This document shows, in pieces, positions 1-13,100 of a DNA stretch of 64,000 nt (positions are counted from its first letter, which is position 1; the number at the start of each line of letters is the position of its first letter). Both the position numbers and the translations under genes were made by a program. The DNA is taken from positions 78,246,001 through 78,310,000 of the forward strand of contig NW_024704743.1 of the NCBI RefSeq assembly GCF_018977255.1, read 5' to 3'. Source of the DNA: Callorhinchus milii. Lineage: Eukaryota. The notes beneath the pieces are model-generated. The model made no database searches, was not told where the DNA came from, and saw nothing but the letters and a program-made list of their open reading frames with translations.

Positions 1-2182
1 CAGTAGTGAAGCTCGGAGAAAGGGCAGGTGACCGAGGGCATGGTCAAAGATAAAATTCTTCATTTGCGATCTGCAGATGGGCAGAGGAGGCAAGACAGAT
101 GGGGTTGAGGCAGAGTTCCAGACATTCAGGGCACTGTAGGTAACTACAGTGTGAGACCCGAGTGGTTCCCTTTGGTTGCCATCACATACTCAAAGTTTCC
201 TTAGTCAGGAATCCCACAAGAAATCGCTGCGTTTGGATCCAATTTAAGGATGGAAACTAATTACATTGGGCCATGTAGTTTGAGAAGTAGATTCTAATGT
301 GAAACCCCGGAGGTCTCGGTTTCAAATGTTCTCCACTAGTAGGTGGGAATAGGCAACAAAGAGCAATACAGATAGCGAGGCTCTGCAAAAGAAATCTCAA
401 TGGGAGTCCATGCTTTTTTTAAAACTCATCAATGTAAATGCATCAGAAACGAATTAAAATAGAACGGTTAAATTCAATAGATACTTGTTGTGCTTTCTCT
501 CCATCCTTCTCTCTCTCCTCTACCCCTCTCCCCCCTTAATTTTCTTTCCTCTTGAAAGATTTAAAACTTTTCCCCCTCTTCCAAAAAGGTACAATTATAC
601 AGGTTCCATTCACCTGCTCTATTTCGGTAGAGGGATCATTTATTTCCACATGACCCTCGACAGTGAGTTTTGGGGGAACGAAGGGGAGGAGAAAATTCTC
701 AACCGGAAAAGATCAGATACCGCCTTCTCCAGCTAATCCAAAACTGCATGCCCACATCCTCATTCGCACCAAACTCTGCATATCCATTGCATTAGGGCTT
801 GACAAGTTTCACCAATTCCCTGTCTTGCAACAGATTGGCTTCAAGATCCTCATCTATATATTCCTTCATGCCTTAGCACCCCCCTATATGTGTCACTTTC
901 TCCTATACAGCCTCCTTCTTGCCGTCAGCAGTGGCCAAACCTTACACTAATCTGCCCCAACCTCTGGAACTCCCTCCCCCGCACCCCCTCTAGTTTCCGC
1001 CATATCAACCCCTCTCAATCTATCTTTACATCCTGGCGAAAATACCATCTCCTCAACCGTACTTTTTCCACCTTACTCAGCGCCTGCACCCATGCTTGTG
1101 AAGCTTTCCAAGACGTTATCCTATCCGAAGGGCGCTATAGAAATGCAAGTTGTTGTTAATCAGGGTCTAAAGTTTCACAAGGAAGCCACGTGGATATGAG
1201 ACTAACCATGGGAGGAGTTTGGATTGAGTTCTTCAGATACATTTTGTGCTGAATATATTCGTGAATCGGTGACAGAAGCAACATAAAGTTCTGTTTTGAG
1301 TAAAAAACAGGTGAATTATAGAGCATTATGGCAAGACCTGGCCTGTGTTAAAAATACACACACGTGCAATTGTTAAGCTCAACAAGCTCAAAGTGATTCT
1401 TCACCAATCCCAAAAGATTGTTGAAATAGCTGCTTTCTCAATCAACTCCGCTGTTTCTGAAGTTAGGGAGAGGAAAGAATGAGAGGAATCCAGGCAGTCC
1501 CTCTAGCCAAGGGGTGGGGGGGGTGTGCAGAAGAAGACAGAGAGAAATCAGTATGGACACAGAAGTAATCACTAGTGGTAACTATGCCCTTGCTCTTATA
1601 AACATTGAATTAGAAAGTAGTAACTGCTCATTCTCATACCAAATTTACTAGTTTAAAAAGTAAGGCTACCGCCTTTTAAAAAGAAAGCTCAGAAACGCAG
1701 TGTGTAATTCAACATCAAATCTAGTCAGTGTTATGTTTTTTCTCACCATTTGCCCTGCTCGGTAAGAACAAAAGCATTTTCAAATCCAAATCAGAACAGT
1801 CTTGAAGCTCGATAACACAACATAGGAAATTACAGACAAAAAACCAAGGGCCATCTAGTTCGCCTTCCCATCTTCCTGGTGGTCGCATGTACATATGTCC
1901 CAAACTACCTATGTACTATATCCTATAATGTTATTTCCTAAAAGAAAACTATCTAATCTGTGTTTGAATTGAATGATGCAAGCATCTTAGGAAAAGCTAC
2001 ATATTATTATCCCTGAGTGTTGTAGTTTTATAATTATACAGTATTATATAGTTTTGAAGTCTGTGGAGTCTTGGTGTGATCCCTGGAGGACATAGATGCC
2101 CTGGATGCATCAAAGGAAACCTCCCAAGCTTTTTCGCTCTCTTCTCCCTCTCCCCTTCTCCGATAAATAAGGGGAACAGACA

Positions 2183-4170
2183 AAACAACGACGACAACAA
2201 CAAAATTACATTTGTATAGCATCTTTCACGGCGGGAGGACGTCCCAAGGCGCTGGACAGTCAGTGTTTCAGACCCGAGCTGGGGGTCAGGATCAGGGAGG
2301 ATGGAGGATGACCGAAGACACGGTTGAAGAGGAGGGTCTTGAGATGGGTCTTGAAGGAGACGAGGAAGATGGCGAGGCGGAGGGACTGAGGGATGGAGTT
2401 TCAGAGAGTGGGGGCAGAGTAGCTGAAGGCCCGCCCACCAATTGTGGGGCGGGCGAGGCGGGGGACACGAAGGAGGCCGAAGCCGGCTGAGCGGAGGGAG
2501 CGGACAGGTTGGTAGGGGTTTAGGAGGTCACTGAGGTAATGGGAAGCAAGGTCACGGAGGGCTTTGAAGGTGAGGACCAGGATATTGAACTGTATCCTCT
2601 GTGTGATGGGAAGCCAGTGGAGTCCAGCGAGGATGAGGGTGATAGGGTAGTGGAGCCTGGTGCAGGAGAGGACACAGGTTGCAGAGTTCTGGATGATCTG
2701 CCACCTATGGAGCAGGGAGTTTTTCTTATCAAGCCTGGATGTTATGAATGCGTGTATGAGGGCTTCGGTGCCTGTGGTGTGAGACAGTGGCAGAGCCAAG
2801 TGATGTTACGGAGGTGGGGGAAAGCATAATAATAATAATCCTTGCATTTGATACAGCGCTTTTCACGTCGAGAGGACGTCCCAAAGCGCTTCACAGAACA
2901 CACTGTAAAGTGAATTGACTGTATATTTGTGGGCGAACGCGGCAGCCAATTGCGCACAGCAATGTCCCACAAACAGTCGTAGATTGAACATGACCAATTT
3001 AATTATTGTTTTTAGTTTTGGAGGGATTATTATTAGGCTCTGTGTGGAGTAAGGAAACTTGCCCAAGGTTTCGCCCTGTGAGGCAGGGGAAGCCCTGGTC
3101 GCAGATGGACAAAATGGCATTAGTCACTTTGACCAACGATGTATCTGCGCTGTGGGCAGCATGGAAACTCGATTGGATGGGTTCGTGAAGGGAGTGGCGG
3201 GAGAGGAAGAAGTGAAGTTGGAAAGCAACGACTCATTCCAGGACCTTGGAAAGGAAAGTGAGGTTGGAAATCAGGTGATAATTTCAAAGCAGGGATGGGT
3301 CCAGGGAGGATGTTTTTTTCAGGTTAGGGAGTGATGATGACCATTTTTTAAAGGGGTGGGAATGGTGTTAGTGGACAGGGAGAGGTTTATGATGTCCGTG
3401 AATAGGGGGGAGAGGTTGAGCTGGAAGGTAAGGAGAGGGGAAGGGATGTGGTCGAGGGAGCAGGTGGTTGGTTTCACGTGGATTATAGTGGCAGTGAGAT
3501 AGGAGGGGAAAGTCAGGTTCGAAGGTGTGGAGGGATGGGTAGGGGCCGGGGTGTGAAGGGGAGAGGATAGTAGTCAGAAGGGTAGAGGCAGCTGAGTAAA
3601 TCTCCTAGACTTTGGTTTTGAGGAAGTCCAGCAACTCTGCACAGTTGGCGTTGAAGGAGAGGATGGGCGAGGTGTAAGAGGGTAGGTAGAGGAGCTGGTT
3701 GGTGATGGAGAAGAGGAGCCTGGGGTTTGTCCCAAGATTGTCTTGAGAGTAGAAGGACGATTTAGCAGAGGCAAGGTCGGAACGGTAAGATTTGATAAGG
3801 TCCAGCCAGATCTACCGATGGACTGTTAAGTTAGATTTGAGCCAGTCCTTTCACGTTCGGCGGCTCGCATCTGTGCCTTGAGGGAGCAGAGTTGGCTGGT
3901 TATCAGGGTTAATTCCATTAGTAGGAGGCAGTTCGGGAAGTGAGGGGGGGTAAGGACATAAGAGTAATGGAGAGGGAGTTGTGGAGGAGAGTGACTGAGG
4001 AGGATAGGTTACTGCGGGAGGAAGCCCAGAGGGGGAGGAGTTCAAATGACTCCAAGGCAACGGGGTGAGGGGAGAAGATTTTTTTCCAAGGGGCAATAGG
4101 AGATGCAGGTGGGTTGGGTGACGGTAGGGAGAGGGATTGAGGCATTAAGAGAGATGAAGTAGTGGTCCAA
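2183..4170 (-). mobile_element. L2 LINE fragments interrupted by a SINE (~2826-3080)
   Basis: HAFITSRLD..QIIQNSA..LHWLPI..RIQFNIL..GGRAFS motifs, RT-region HSA.T.L.KVTN motif, (TTG)n tail. Confidence 0.85.
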
Positions 4171-4319
4171 GATTGTCAAAAGCACACTTATTTAAAATAA
4201 AGTTGCTGAATATACTACCTGTATACTTTTAATGCATACATCTTCAAAAATACATAAAACTCAACATATATTAATCTGACGCAACTTAAATAGTCCATGT
4301 GGACTGGGGAAAACCTTTG

Positions 4320-4750
4320 GTAATAGTAATAATGATAATAATACTTGCATTTGATATAGCACCTCATAACAACACTAAGAAGTCCCAGATGGTTCACAGG
4401 ATATACTGTAAAGTGGATTGACTTTGTATTTTGTGAGACAAATGCTGCAGCCAGTTGCCCACATCAATGTCCCACAATCAGCCATGGAGTGAGTGAACAA
4501 TTTTATTTGGGGAATTGTTGGCCAGGACACGGGGAGAAACTCCCTTTTCTTTTTGAATAGTACCATGGGATCTTTTACGTGCATCTGAACAGGCAGATGG
4601 GTCCTCATTTTAACGTCTCATCCGGTATTATTTGCACCCTCCAACAATGCAACATGCCACAGCACTGCATTGAAGTGTCAGCTTAGGCTATGCAACTCAA
4701 AGTCCTGAATTCTGACTCGAGTTGCGAGATTGCTACCAGCTGAGCCTGGC
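4320..4750 (-). mobile_element. Older Deu-domain SINE (other copies ~13610-14045, 21860-22095, 26350-26760, 45078-45280, 57320-57765)
   Basis: Contains ggatgagacgttaaa..gacccatctgcctgttcagatg..taaaagatcccatggtactattcaaaaag, the conserved Deu core of AmnSINE1/SacSINE1-type SINEs as recalled. Confidence 0.75.
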
Positions 4751-7113
4751 CGGAACCCAAAACAGCACAGAAGATTGCATTATCAGCCCACCACATACCA
4801 AGTTTTTCCAGGAGTCCATTCCCCGGTCAATGGATTTAACACACCACATATCAAATCAGGTAATATTTACATACAACTCAACATGCGTTATTAACTTGAC
4901 ATACCTCGAATAGTCGAAGTAGACAGGGGCTATTGTGATCATCACTGATAACTGTGGAGGGACCGATCGAGTCCTGCTACATGCTGAGCAATAGCATTTC
5001 AGCAATGGAAGCGACCAGTGTACAACTGTCTCAGAGGGGAAAAAAAGAAGCAGGGTTGCTGCTGCTGATCACACCATTGGACCCAATTGGAAAATGTGCC
5101 TGTATAGCATCAAGCAAGGCATATATACAGCATCTAACCCTACATGGGAACACTACCCATATAAATTGGGTATTAGAGGACAGGTGGTGGTTGTGAACTG
5201 TACCCTACACAAGTCAGCAGCTTCGCAGTGGGTGAGGGGCAGGCAGGGGAGCAAGGAAAGAAAGGAGAAAAGGAAGAGAAAGGGAAAAGGAAGGGAGAAA
5301 AGAGAAGGGAAAAGGTAGGATGTGCTATGGCATTGTTTCAGCTGGCCTGAAGGATTCGGAAACCTGTGCAGCGTAAGGGAACACTACTAACATTAGGAAA
5401 TACCTGGTGGGAAGGAACATTTTATCTGGGGGGGTGGGGTGGTGGTGATGATGATGATAAACGTACCATAAGTACATCAAAAGCAGTCTGTCGGTGGAAC
5501 AATATATAAGGTGTGGGAAAGAATGAGCTGCTTCATGTGGTTTCACTGGAAGAAGGTAAAACATTACCCAGCTTTGTTCCTGACATGTACAATATTGTAG
5601 CCCAAGGTATTTCTTACTCTGCGCTCGAACAAAAAAGGCTGGTACATTTCTGAAGATTTTCCCCTCTTTGTTACTTCCAAAGATGCCTCAGGAATGCAGC
5701 AAACGGATTTCAAGGGACACTGCACATGAGCCACAAAGCGTGAAACTTGATTTTATTTTTCGTTTACATTCCTTAGAAAAGACCAATGAAAAATACATCA
5801 CTTTCAAGCCCAAACAATACAAGTCTCTGCAGTACTTTTGGGCAAATTGAGTTACTTACTATCCAGATGTCACATTTGGCAGATACAAAATTTTTACGGA
5901 TTTCTAAATACTACATTATGCATTCAAACTCAAATGAGCACAATCTAACCCACTCCAAACACCCTCACAGGATGTTCCAGGAAAGGAATAGAGACTGTAA
6001 ATATCACATATTCTTTGCCTGTAAGACCATTTATTTTAAAGTTTACGTATAAAGCTGTGCAGAATTGTAGAAAATTCTTAAATTCAGTCTTAAATTGAAA
6101 GTTGATTCTAAAGTAAATCTTAAGTGGCAAACAGGCTTCCAATTAAGAAAAGATGGATCTTAAGGTAGGTTTTGAAGGCAGGGAAGGAGGGAGTCTGGGA
6201 TGGAGTTCCAGAGAACAAGGGCAGAAAAGGTAAAAGCTCATCCACTGAGGTTGGGGTAGATTGAGCGGGGAACATGTCAATGTTCACATAGTGGAAATAG
6301 CAGTTGGACTGTAGAGGGATATCAATGCATGGTCAAAGACCTTGTAATCAATCCATTGAGACATAAGAAGTCAGTGGAGCTGAGCAAGGATGGGGATGAA
6401 GGGCTCACAGAGCCTTATGAGGAATAGGACAGGGGCTGGAGAGTTCCAGATGGGATGCAGCTTATGTACAGAGGCATTGGAAAGTCCAGCAAAAGGGTAG
6501 TTGGAATAATCAAGTCTATACATGTTGAAGGCATGGAAGAGGGTTTCCACAACAGGGGAAGGTAGACAATGTCGGAGATGAGAGTAAATCGATGAGTGAG
6601 AACCCGGATGTAGGGTTCGAAGGACAAAAAGATTTAGAATTTTGAGTCAATTGGTAGGAAGCACAACCACCTTCATTCAAAAGGTTGTGTGTCAAAGCCC
6701 CAATTCGGAATTTATAGACTAAGACTAAGGGCAATTTCTGTCCTCCGAAACCAAGATAGTTTTTCCTGTCCCCCACCCACCCCACTTTGAGTTTAACAAC
6801 ACTGAAGAGTTAATTAAAATCCCTGCTTGAATGGAAAAATTGTGGAAACCTAGAAAAAACTGGAGAAAGGACAAACAATTTACAGTAGCAATAGTGAAGA
6901 ACTCTTCTGGAATTTGGAAAGGATTGGAGGGTAGAAGGTAGATTGAAACAAGACCAGAAGACAAGTCGATCAACTTCTGTTGTTGGCCCACTGGCCTCTG
7001 GGTCAGAAGGTTGTGTGTTCAAGCCCGAAATCACTTATAGCCCCACACTGCTGACAGTTCATTACAATACTGGGGCATGCTGCATTGTTGGAGTGACCTT
7101 CATACTCGGACAG

Positions 7114-7528
7114 TCCTACTCATCCTCACCTACAAGGCCATTCACGGCCTCGCTCCCTCCTACCTCTCCGACCTACTATCCCCCTACCTACCTGCCCGTA
7201 TCATCCGTTCCTCTGGCTCCAGTCTGCTCCACATCCCCCGCCCCAACCGCCCTACCATTGGTGGCCGGGCCTTCAGTCTCTCAGCCCCGAGGCTCTGGAA
7301 CTCTATCCCCCAGTGCCTTCGCCTTGCTTCCTCCCTTTCCTCCTTCAAGGCCGGTCTCAAGACCTTTCTCTTTGACCGTGCCTTCAGCTCCCCTCTCTAC
7401 CCCCTCCTCGCTCCCTCCCTTCACCCTGACCATTTCCCCCCTGCTCGGGTCCTGACCCAACTGTACAGCGCCTTGGGACGTCCTCCCGACGTGAAAGGCG
7501 ATCTATAAATGTAATCTTGTTGTTGTTG
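7114..7528 (+). mobile_element. L2 3' fragment inserted into a Deu-SINE (~6985-7710)
   Basis: LILTYKAIHGLAPSYLSDLL...GGRAFSLSAPRLWNS..SFKAGLKTFLF, 3' UTR and (TTG)n tail; Deu-SINE sequence resumes after the tail. Confidence 0.88.
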
Positions 7529-9845
7529 TCGACAAGTTGTTAATCTGAGATCCATCTATTTGTTCAGCTGGATGTTAAAGATCTAGTCACTATTTGAAAA
7601 CAAAAGGGAATTTCTCCTGGTTTCCTGGCCACTAATCCTCCAGATAAATTGGTCATTTACTTCATACCTTTTGGTGGGATGCTGCTGTGTGCAATATGGC
7701 TGCTGCTATCAACTACAATTAGTTACTAATTAGTTATTCGTTACTTGCATTTGATAAAGCGCCTTTCGCGTCAGGAGATCAACCCAAATCACTTCACAAG
7801 ATATATTGTAAGTGTGTTGTGTGGGCAAATGCAGCAGCCAATTTGTGCAGAGGAATGCCCCAATAGAATTGAATGAGAAACTCCCTCCTCTTTTTTAAAT
7901 AGTGCCATACGATCTTTAATGTCAACCTGAACAGGCAGGTTTTACCGTCTCATCCGAAGAACAACGTCTCATACAAATTGATAGTAAGTACCTGTGAAGT
8001 GTTTTTGATCCATTGTAGAGGACTTTTATAGAAGCTGTATCAAATGCATGTATCATTATTTTCTCTGACAGGGGGCAGGGATTAGACAGCCACCCGTTAC
8101 AGGATTTTAGAAGTATTACCATACTTACAGCAGGAAAGGGTATCTGGAGGAGAGAGTAACAAGGCTATAAGAAAATTGAGACTTCAGCTGATGCAAAACC
8201 ACAAGAGCAAAATTGCAGCCATTGGCATCTGTACTCTAAAGATTGAGTTGCAGCTTCAAACTTCCTCCTGCATTTATCTATACCATTCACAAGTGTTTTT
8301 CATTAAAATGTGCTGACTTGTTGGCATTGCTTAGTGGGGGTTGGCTGACTTACTATTAGCAATAAAAGAAAGGACACCATAATCTGGATGTTGGCAAGTA
8401 AGGAATACCATACATAGCCACAGTAGCTAGTACAACATTCCAATAAGAAGGGCTTTTATGAAACAAATGGTAAAATACTTGTCCCTTCTCAGCTTTTTCG
8501 GAAATAAACTTCCTCCTCAGAAACAGAAAAAAGTCTAAATTTCAGGTACTTTCAACACAAAGGCAATTCCAGGTGAAGCACAAAGTGTCCTGGATAATTT
8601 GGTTTTGAATTCATTCAGCATTAACTAAAGCTGTTGTTTACATCCCAGACCAATTTCAGGCAGCAACATATTCAGAGCAGATCCAAATTAGAAACCACCT
8701 CGCTTTCCTGGCACTCAACAGGGAGTTTTTCCCAACCATCTCCAATTCTCCCTGACTGAGACATAAACCTCAAACCTCAGTATACCCTCAGTTTCAGATA
8801 CAAAATAAGTGTTCAATTGTGGCAAGTCATCCAGCACCAGCACTATACAATACTATCTAGCCCTCCCTTCAGTATACCCTGTTAAACACTAAACAGTTAC
8901 ATAAGCAGTAAAGATGGAAGGATTCAGTGCTCCTGAGGCCCAGAATATATGAACCAACAGTGACCCACCTGTTTATATCCATCACAATGTCTGTGCCTGC
9001 TTGTTAATTTGTAAATGTGCTACTGTAAAAAAACATTTTTAAAAAATGTACTTGTGCTTTTAGGTTTCTGTACTATTCCCAGCTGAGAACATTGGCTGCA
9101 GTGCCACCAACTGCCCACAGATGTGTTAGGACCACCCAGAGAAGCAGTCTCAAATTTGCTCTATCCAATTGGAGCTGTGGTGAATCACTATTTTGCTACA
9201 TCAGCATAGTCACACACTACAACCCACTGACTCACTTTGCACCCAAGGTTTGTAACTGCACTATATTGTTAGAGATGTTGGCCTTGCTCAGCTGGCAACA
9301 CTCTCGCCTCTGGGTCAGAAGTATGTGAATCAAGCCAGAATGGGATAGAGCTCACGTTTCTTCCCATTTGCAACAAAGTCACTATACCTGACAGTAAATA
9401 TTTGTAAAGCACTTGGAGATATTTTGACATTCTAGGTGCTAACGTATGCAAATATTATTGTTATCAGAATAATAAGAAAACAAAGTGAATATAATGCTAA
9501 CACTCCAGCTTCCTTTCCAAATAATAAATAAATACAGCTTTGAGCAATCTGTAACAAATACGGATTACTTTAAAAACAAGCCACTAGTTAGTTTAAAAAA
9601 AATAGAAACCAAGATTACGTTTTGCAATTGACGTCGGGTGAAATTCAGTTTCCACAAAGATTACAGCTCTCTCCGGGATAACTTTATGAATGCATATTTG
9701 CTTCTAAAAATTTGTTTGGGGGATCGCTTTTCCCAGGGGTAATAATCCCTTTGAAAAAAATAATATACGGTCAATTCACTTTAAATATATTCTGTCAAGC
9801 GCTTTGAGATGCCTAAAGATATAAGGCGCTATATCAAATGCAATA

Positions 9846-10162
9846 ATAATAATAATAATCCTTGCATTTGATATAGCGCTTTTCACGTCGGGAGGACGTC
9901 CCAAAGCGCTTCACAGAACACACTGCAAAGTGAATTGACTGTATATTTGTGGGCGAACGCGGCAGCCAATTGCGCACAGCAATGTCCCACAAACAGTTGT
10001 AGATTGAAAATGACCAATTTATTATTGTTTGGGGTTTTGGAGGGATTATTATTAGGCGTGTGGAGTAAGGAAACTTGCCCAAGGTACCGTCCTCTGCCTG
10101 GAATTGAACTCAGGTCTCTCGCTTGCAAAGCGAGTGCTCTAACCACTGAGCTACAGGACTCC
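9846..10162 (-). mobile_element. tRNA-derived SINE, short variant (similar copies ~22768-23076, 47208-47520, 51166-51524)
   Basis: Head GGAGTCCTGTAGCTCAGTGGTTAGAGC (A box)...GAGTTCAATTCC (B box); L2-like 3' end and (ATT)n tail. Confidence 0.88.
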
Positions 10163-13100
10163 ATAAATGCAAGGATATTATTATAACTAACTCGGATCAA
10201 AAGTGCCTTCACAACATCCTGACATTAAGGGCAGGATCAGACTCGTGCATGAGGCCTTCCATGTTTGAATAAGTTACCAATACCCTCTGTCTAGTTGTAC
10301 AGACGAAGAAAGAACACTTGGTCGAGATCCTGCACACAGCACAAGCATCACCTTCAGAGCATATGGTGGGAAAGATTTCCGCTAGTTTAGTAAAACTAAT
10401 GCAATTTAAAATGCCTGAAAAGGAGAGAAAAAAATGATTAAAAACCAATTCTTTCACCAGCAGTAAGCCAAAGTAAATGAATGCAATGTAACCCCAGGTC
10501 AGTGATACTCTATATGCCTGGAGAGCTATGCATCTTGTTTAGATTTTTTCCCCTTCATCAGTGACAGAGCATACACCACTCTCCACCTGAGCCAAGATAA
10601 ATACAATCATTCATCATAAAATAAATCTGGGGTTTATTCCAAGAGTCTATGTGGCATTCACAATATGGTACCTACCACTGCTGAAGCAATACAAAGGAAA
10701 GCATTGTTCTTAAGCCGAGCCCTTCAAAGCTTGTTTGGTGCTTACCATGCCAAAAACAAGCAAAACCCAAAATACAGTATATACACAAGTACTATCCATT
10801 TAAAACGAGACAGTTTTAACCCTATAAGATTGACCCCTCTCTTGATTATATAGAAGTAGAATATACTATATATAATATATATATTCTTCCTCCATTAAAA
10901 CGGAAACTAACATGTGTGAGATGAAGACTGCCTGCTTAGATTTAACGGGTTTAGAAACCACAAAAAAAATTATGAATGCTTCCTATACTACTTCTCATAC
11001 ACAGCGCTGGTCCAATTGGTGCAAGAAAGTAAATCGGGAAACAGGTACACTGTCAAACCAAATAACTTGGTTGGAATTTAAAATGCCACTCATCTAATAC
11101 TACATCAACAAGTTAAACATGTCCATTATTCTGCAAATGATTAATGGAAGGCATTTAAAAACTTTGAACATTTCCAATATTCCCTATTACTGGTACAAAT
11201 TTTTTAGCTGTCAGCAAAGTCAATTATATTTTACAGAGACCAAGTGCCGTACATCAAGTGCTAGAAATCAGGTTGTACATTAATGCTCTCCCCTCACCCC
11301 CAACAACAAAATAGTTCAACCAGACTAAAGGGATTTCCTCCACATAAAGCTCTTAAGAGAGGGAACTAAGAAGTCTATGGCGAAGATTAAGGGAAAAGCA
11401 CTTGCTGAGATGTTGTACACAGATTCACTATTGTATGTATTTATATGCCAGTTCATCCAGTACTCCATCAGTGTGCAACAGGTGGTCAGTGCGGAAAACG
11501 AATAATTCCCATTTTTTTTTAATGACTAGTTAGGGAATGATGTGGTATGTTGTGGGGGAGGGGGATGAGTCTGTAATCTGGTAGACAATGGAGGAAAAGA
11601 CAATATTCCTTACATTTCATATACATTACATGTCAGGAGGATGTTTCAAAGTGCCTCACGTTAGTGTAGTGACCAAATATTTTTTGTAGGCAAATGTGGC
11701 AGCCAATTTGTGCATAGGAATGTCCCACAAACAGCCATGTAATAATTCGTTCAAAATATTTCTTTTAAATAATAATAATTTGGTCACTCAATCCACAACT
11801 GGGTGTGGGACACTGCTTTGTACAATTGGCAGCCGTATTTCGCCAACAAAATATACAGTCACTTCACAGTATATTCTATGAAACGCTTTGAGATGTCTCG
11901 AAGATGTGATAAGGTCCTATATCAAATGTAAGGATTATTATTGTTATGTGAATGAATTACATATTTTATCTGAAGGACTGTTGGCCAAGACACCAGAATA
12001 TACTCCTTTCTCTTTTTGAATAGTGCCATACGATTTTTAACAGCCACCAGACAGACAAATGGTACCTTGGTTTAACATCTCGTTCGAAGGATCGTACCTC
12101 CCAACATTTCGCCCTGCCGGGAATCGAACCCAGGTCTCTCGCTTACGAGGCAAATGCTCTACCCACAGGATTCCTGATAGATATTAAAGATCCCATTGCA
12201 CAATTCAAAAAGAGAAGGGAGTTTATCCTGGAATCCTGGTAGACAATCCCCCAGATAAAATTAGTCTAAATAATCTACTTCATAGATATTTGTGGGACAA
12301 TTTTGTGGGTTTTAAAAATACTTTTTACTTCTGCGGTGTGATTTTGATTTTTTTTTAAAAAATCGACAAGAGACAATTGGATGAAGGGGTGCTCCCTAAC
12401 TGAAAGTGTCCGATAAGTCTTTGCCAACTCAGTCCAGACCCTAGATAATAAAAGTTTCCAGCACAAAAGTATCTCAGCACTAAGCTTTTTATTTATTTAT
12501 TTAGCTCTTTTATTAAAATGTTAAGGATGTCTACTGTGAAAACGGATACACCACCTTGGCACCAAAATGATCAACAATGGTATGGGAGAGGGAGCTTCAA
12601 GGTGCCTCCAACCCTGCAGCTGACGTCTTTAACCTTAGGAGTTGAAACATATCCACTTTGGCCTACCAATAAATAAACATACGATTGAGGCAATGGTTCA
12701 ATGTTACTGTGACTCATTTGCAGTTTGTGCTGGATTCATATGAAAATCTTGCTTCCTACTTCATCTAAATGCAAGGTGAAGGATCAGGACTTCCTATATG
12801 GTCATCTTGCACACAGAAGAATGCATTCTATTACTACGCATTCTATTACTATGATACTATACAGTATCAAAGGCAAGGATTATTATTGTGTTCATTTGTG
12901 ACCTGGAAGTACTCAATGCCAATAAAGAGAAAAATTCTGTGACAAAGTACTTTTAGAATGCTTCCTTCTCCCCTGCACCAACACAAAACAAACACATACA
13001 CCACACAGATAATCCAAATGGAGGGGGAAAAAAATTACAAGTGAGCAATAAGTCAATGTGCAAGTAAAACAAATAGATTATTCCCCAAAAGGGGGGGGGG

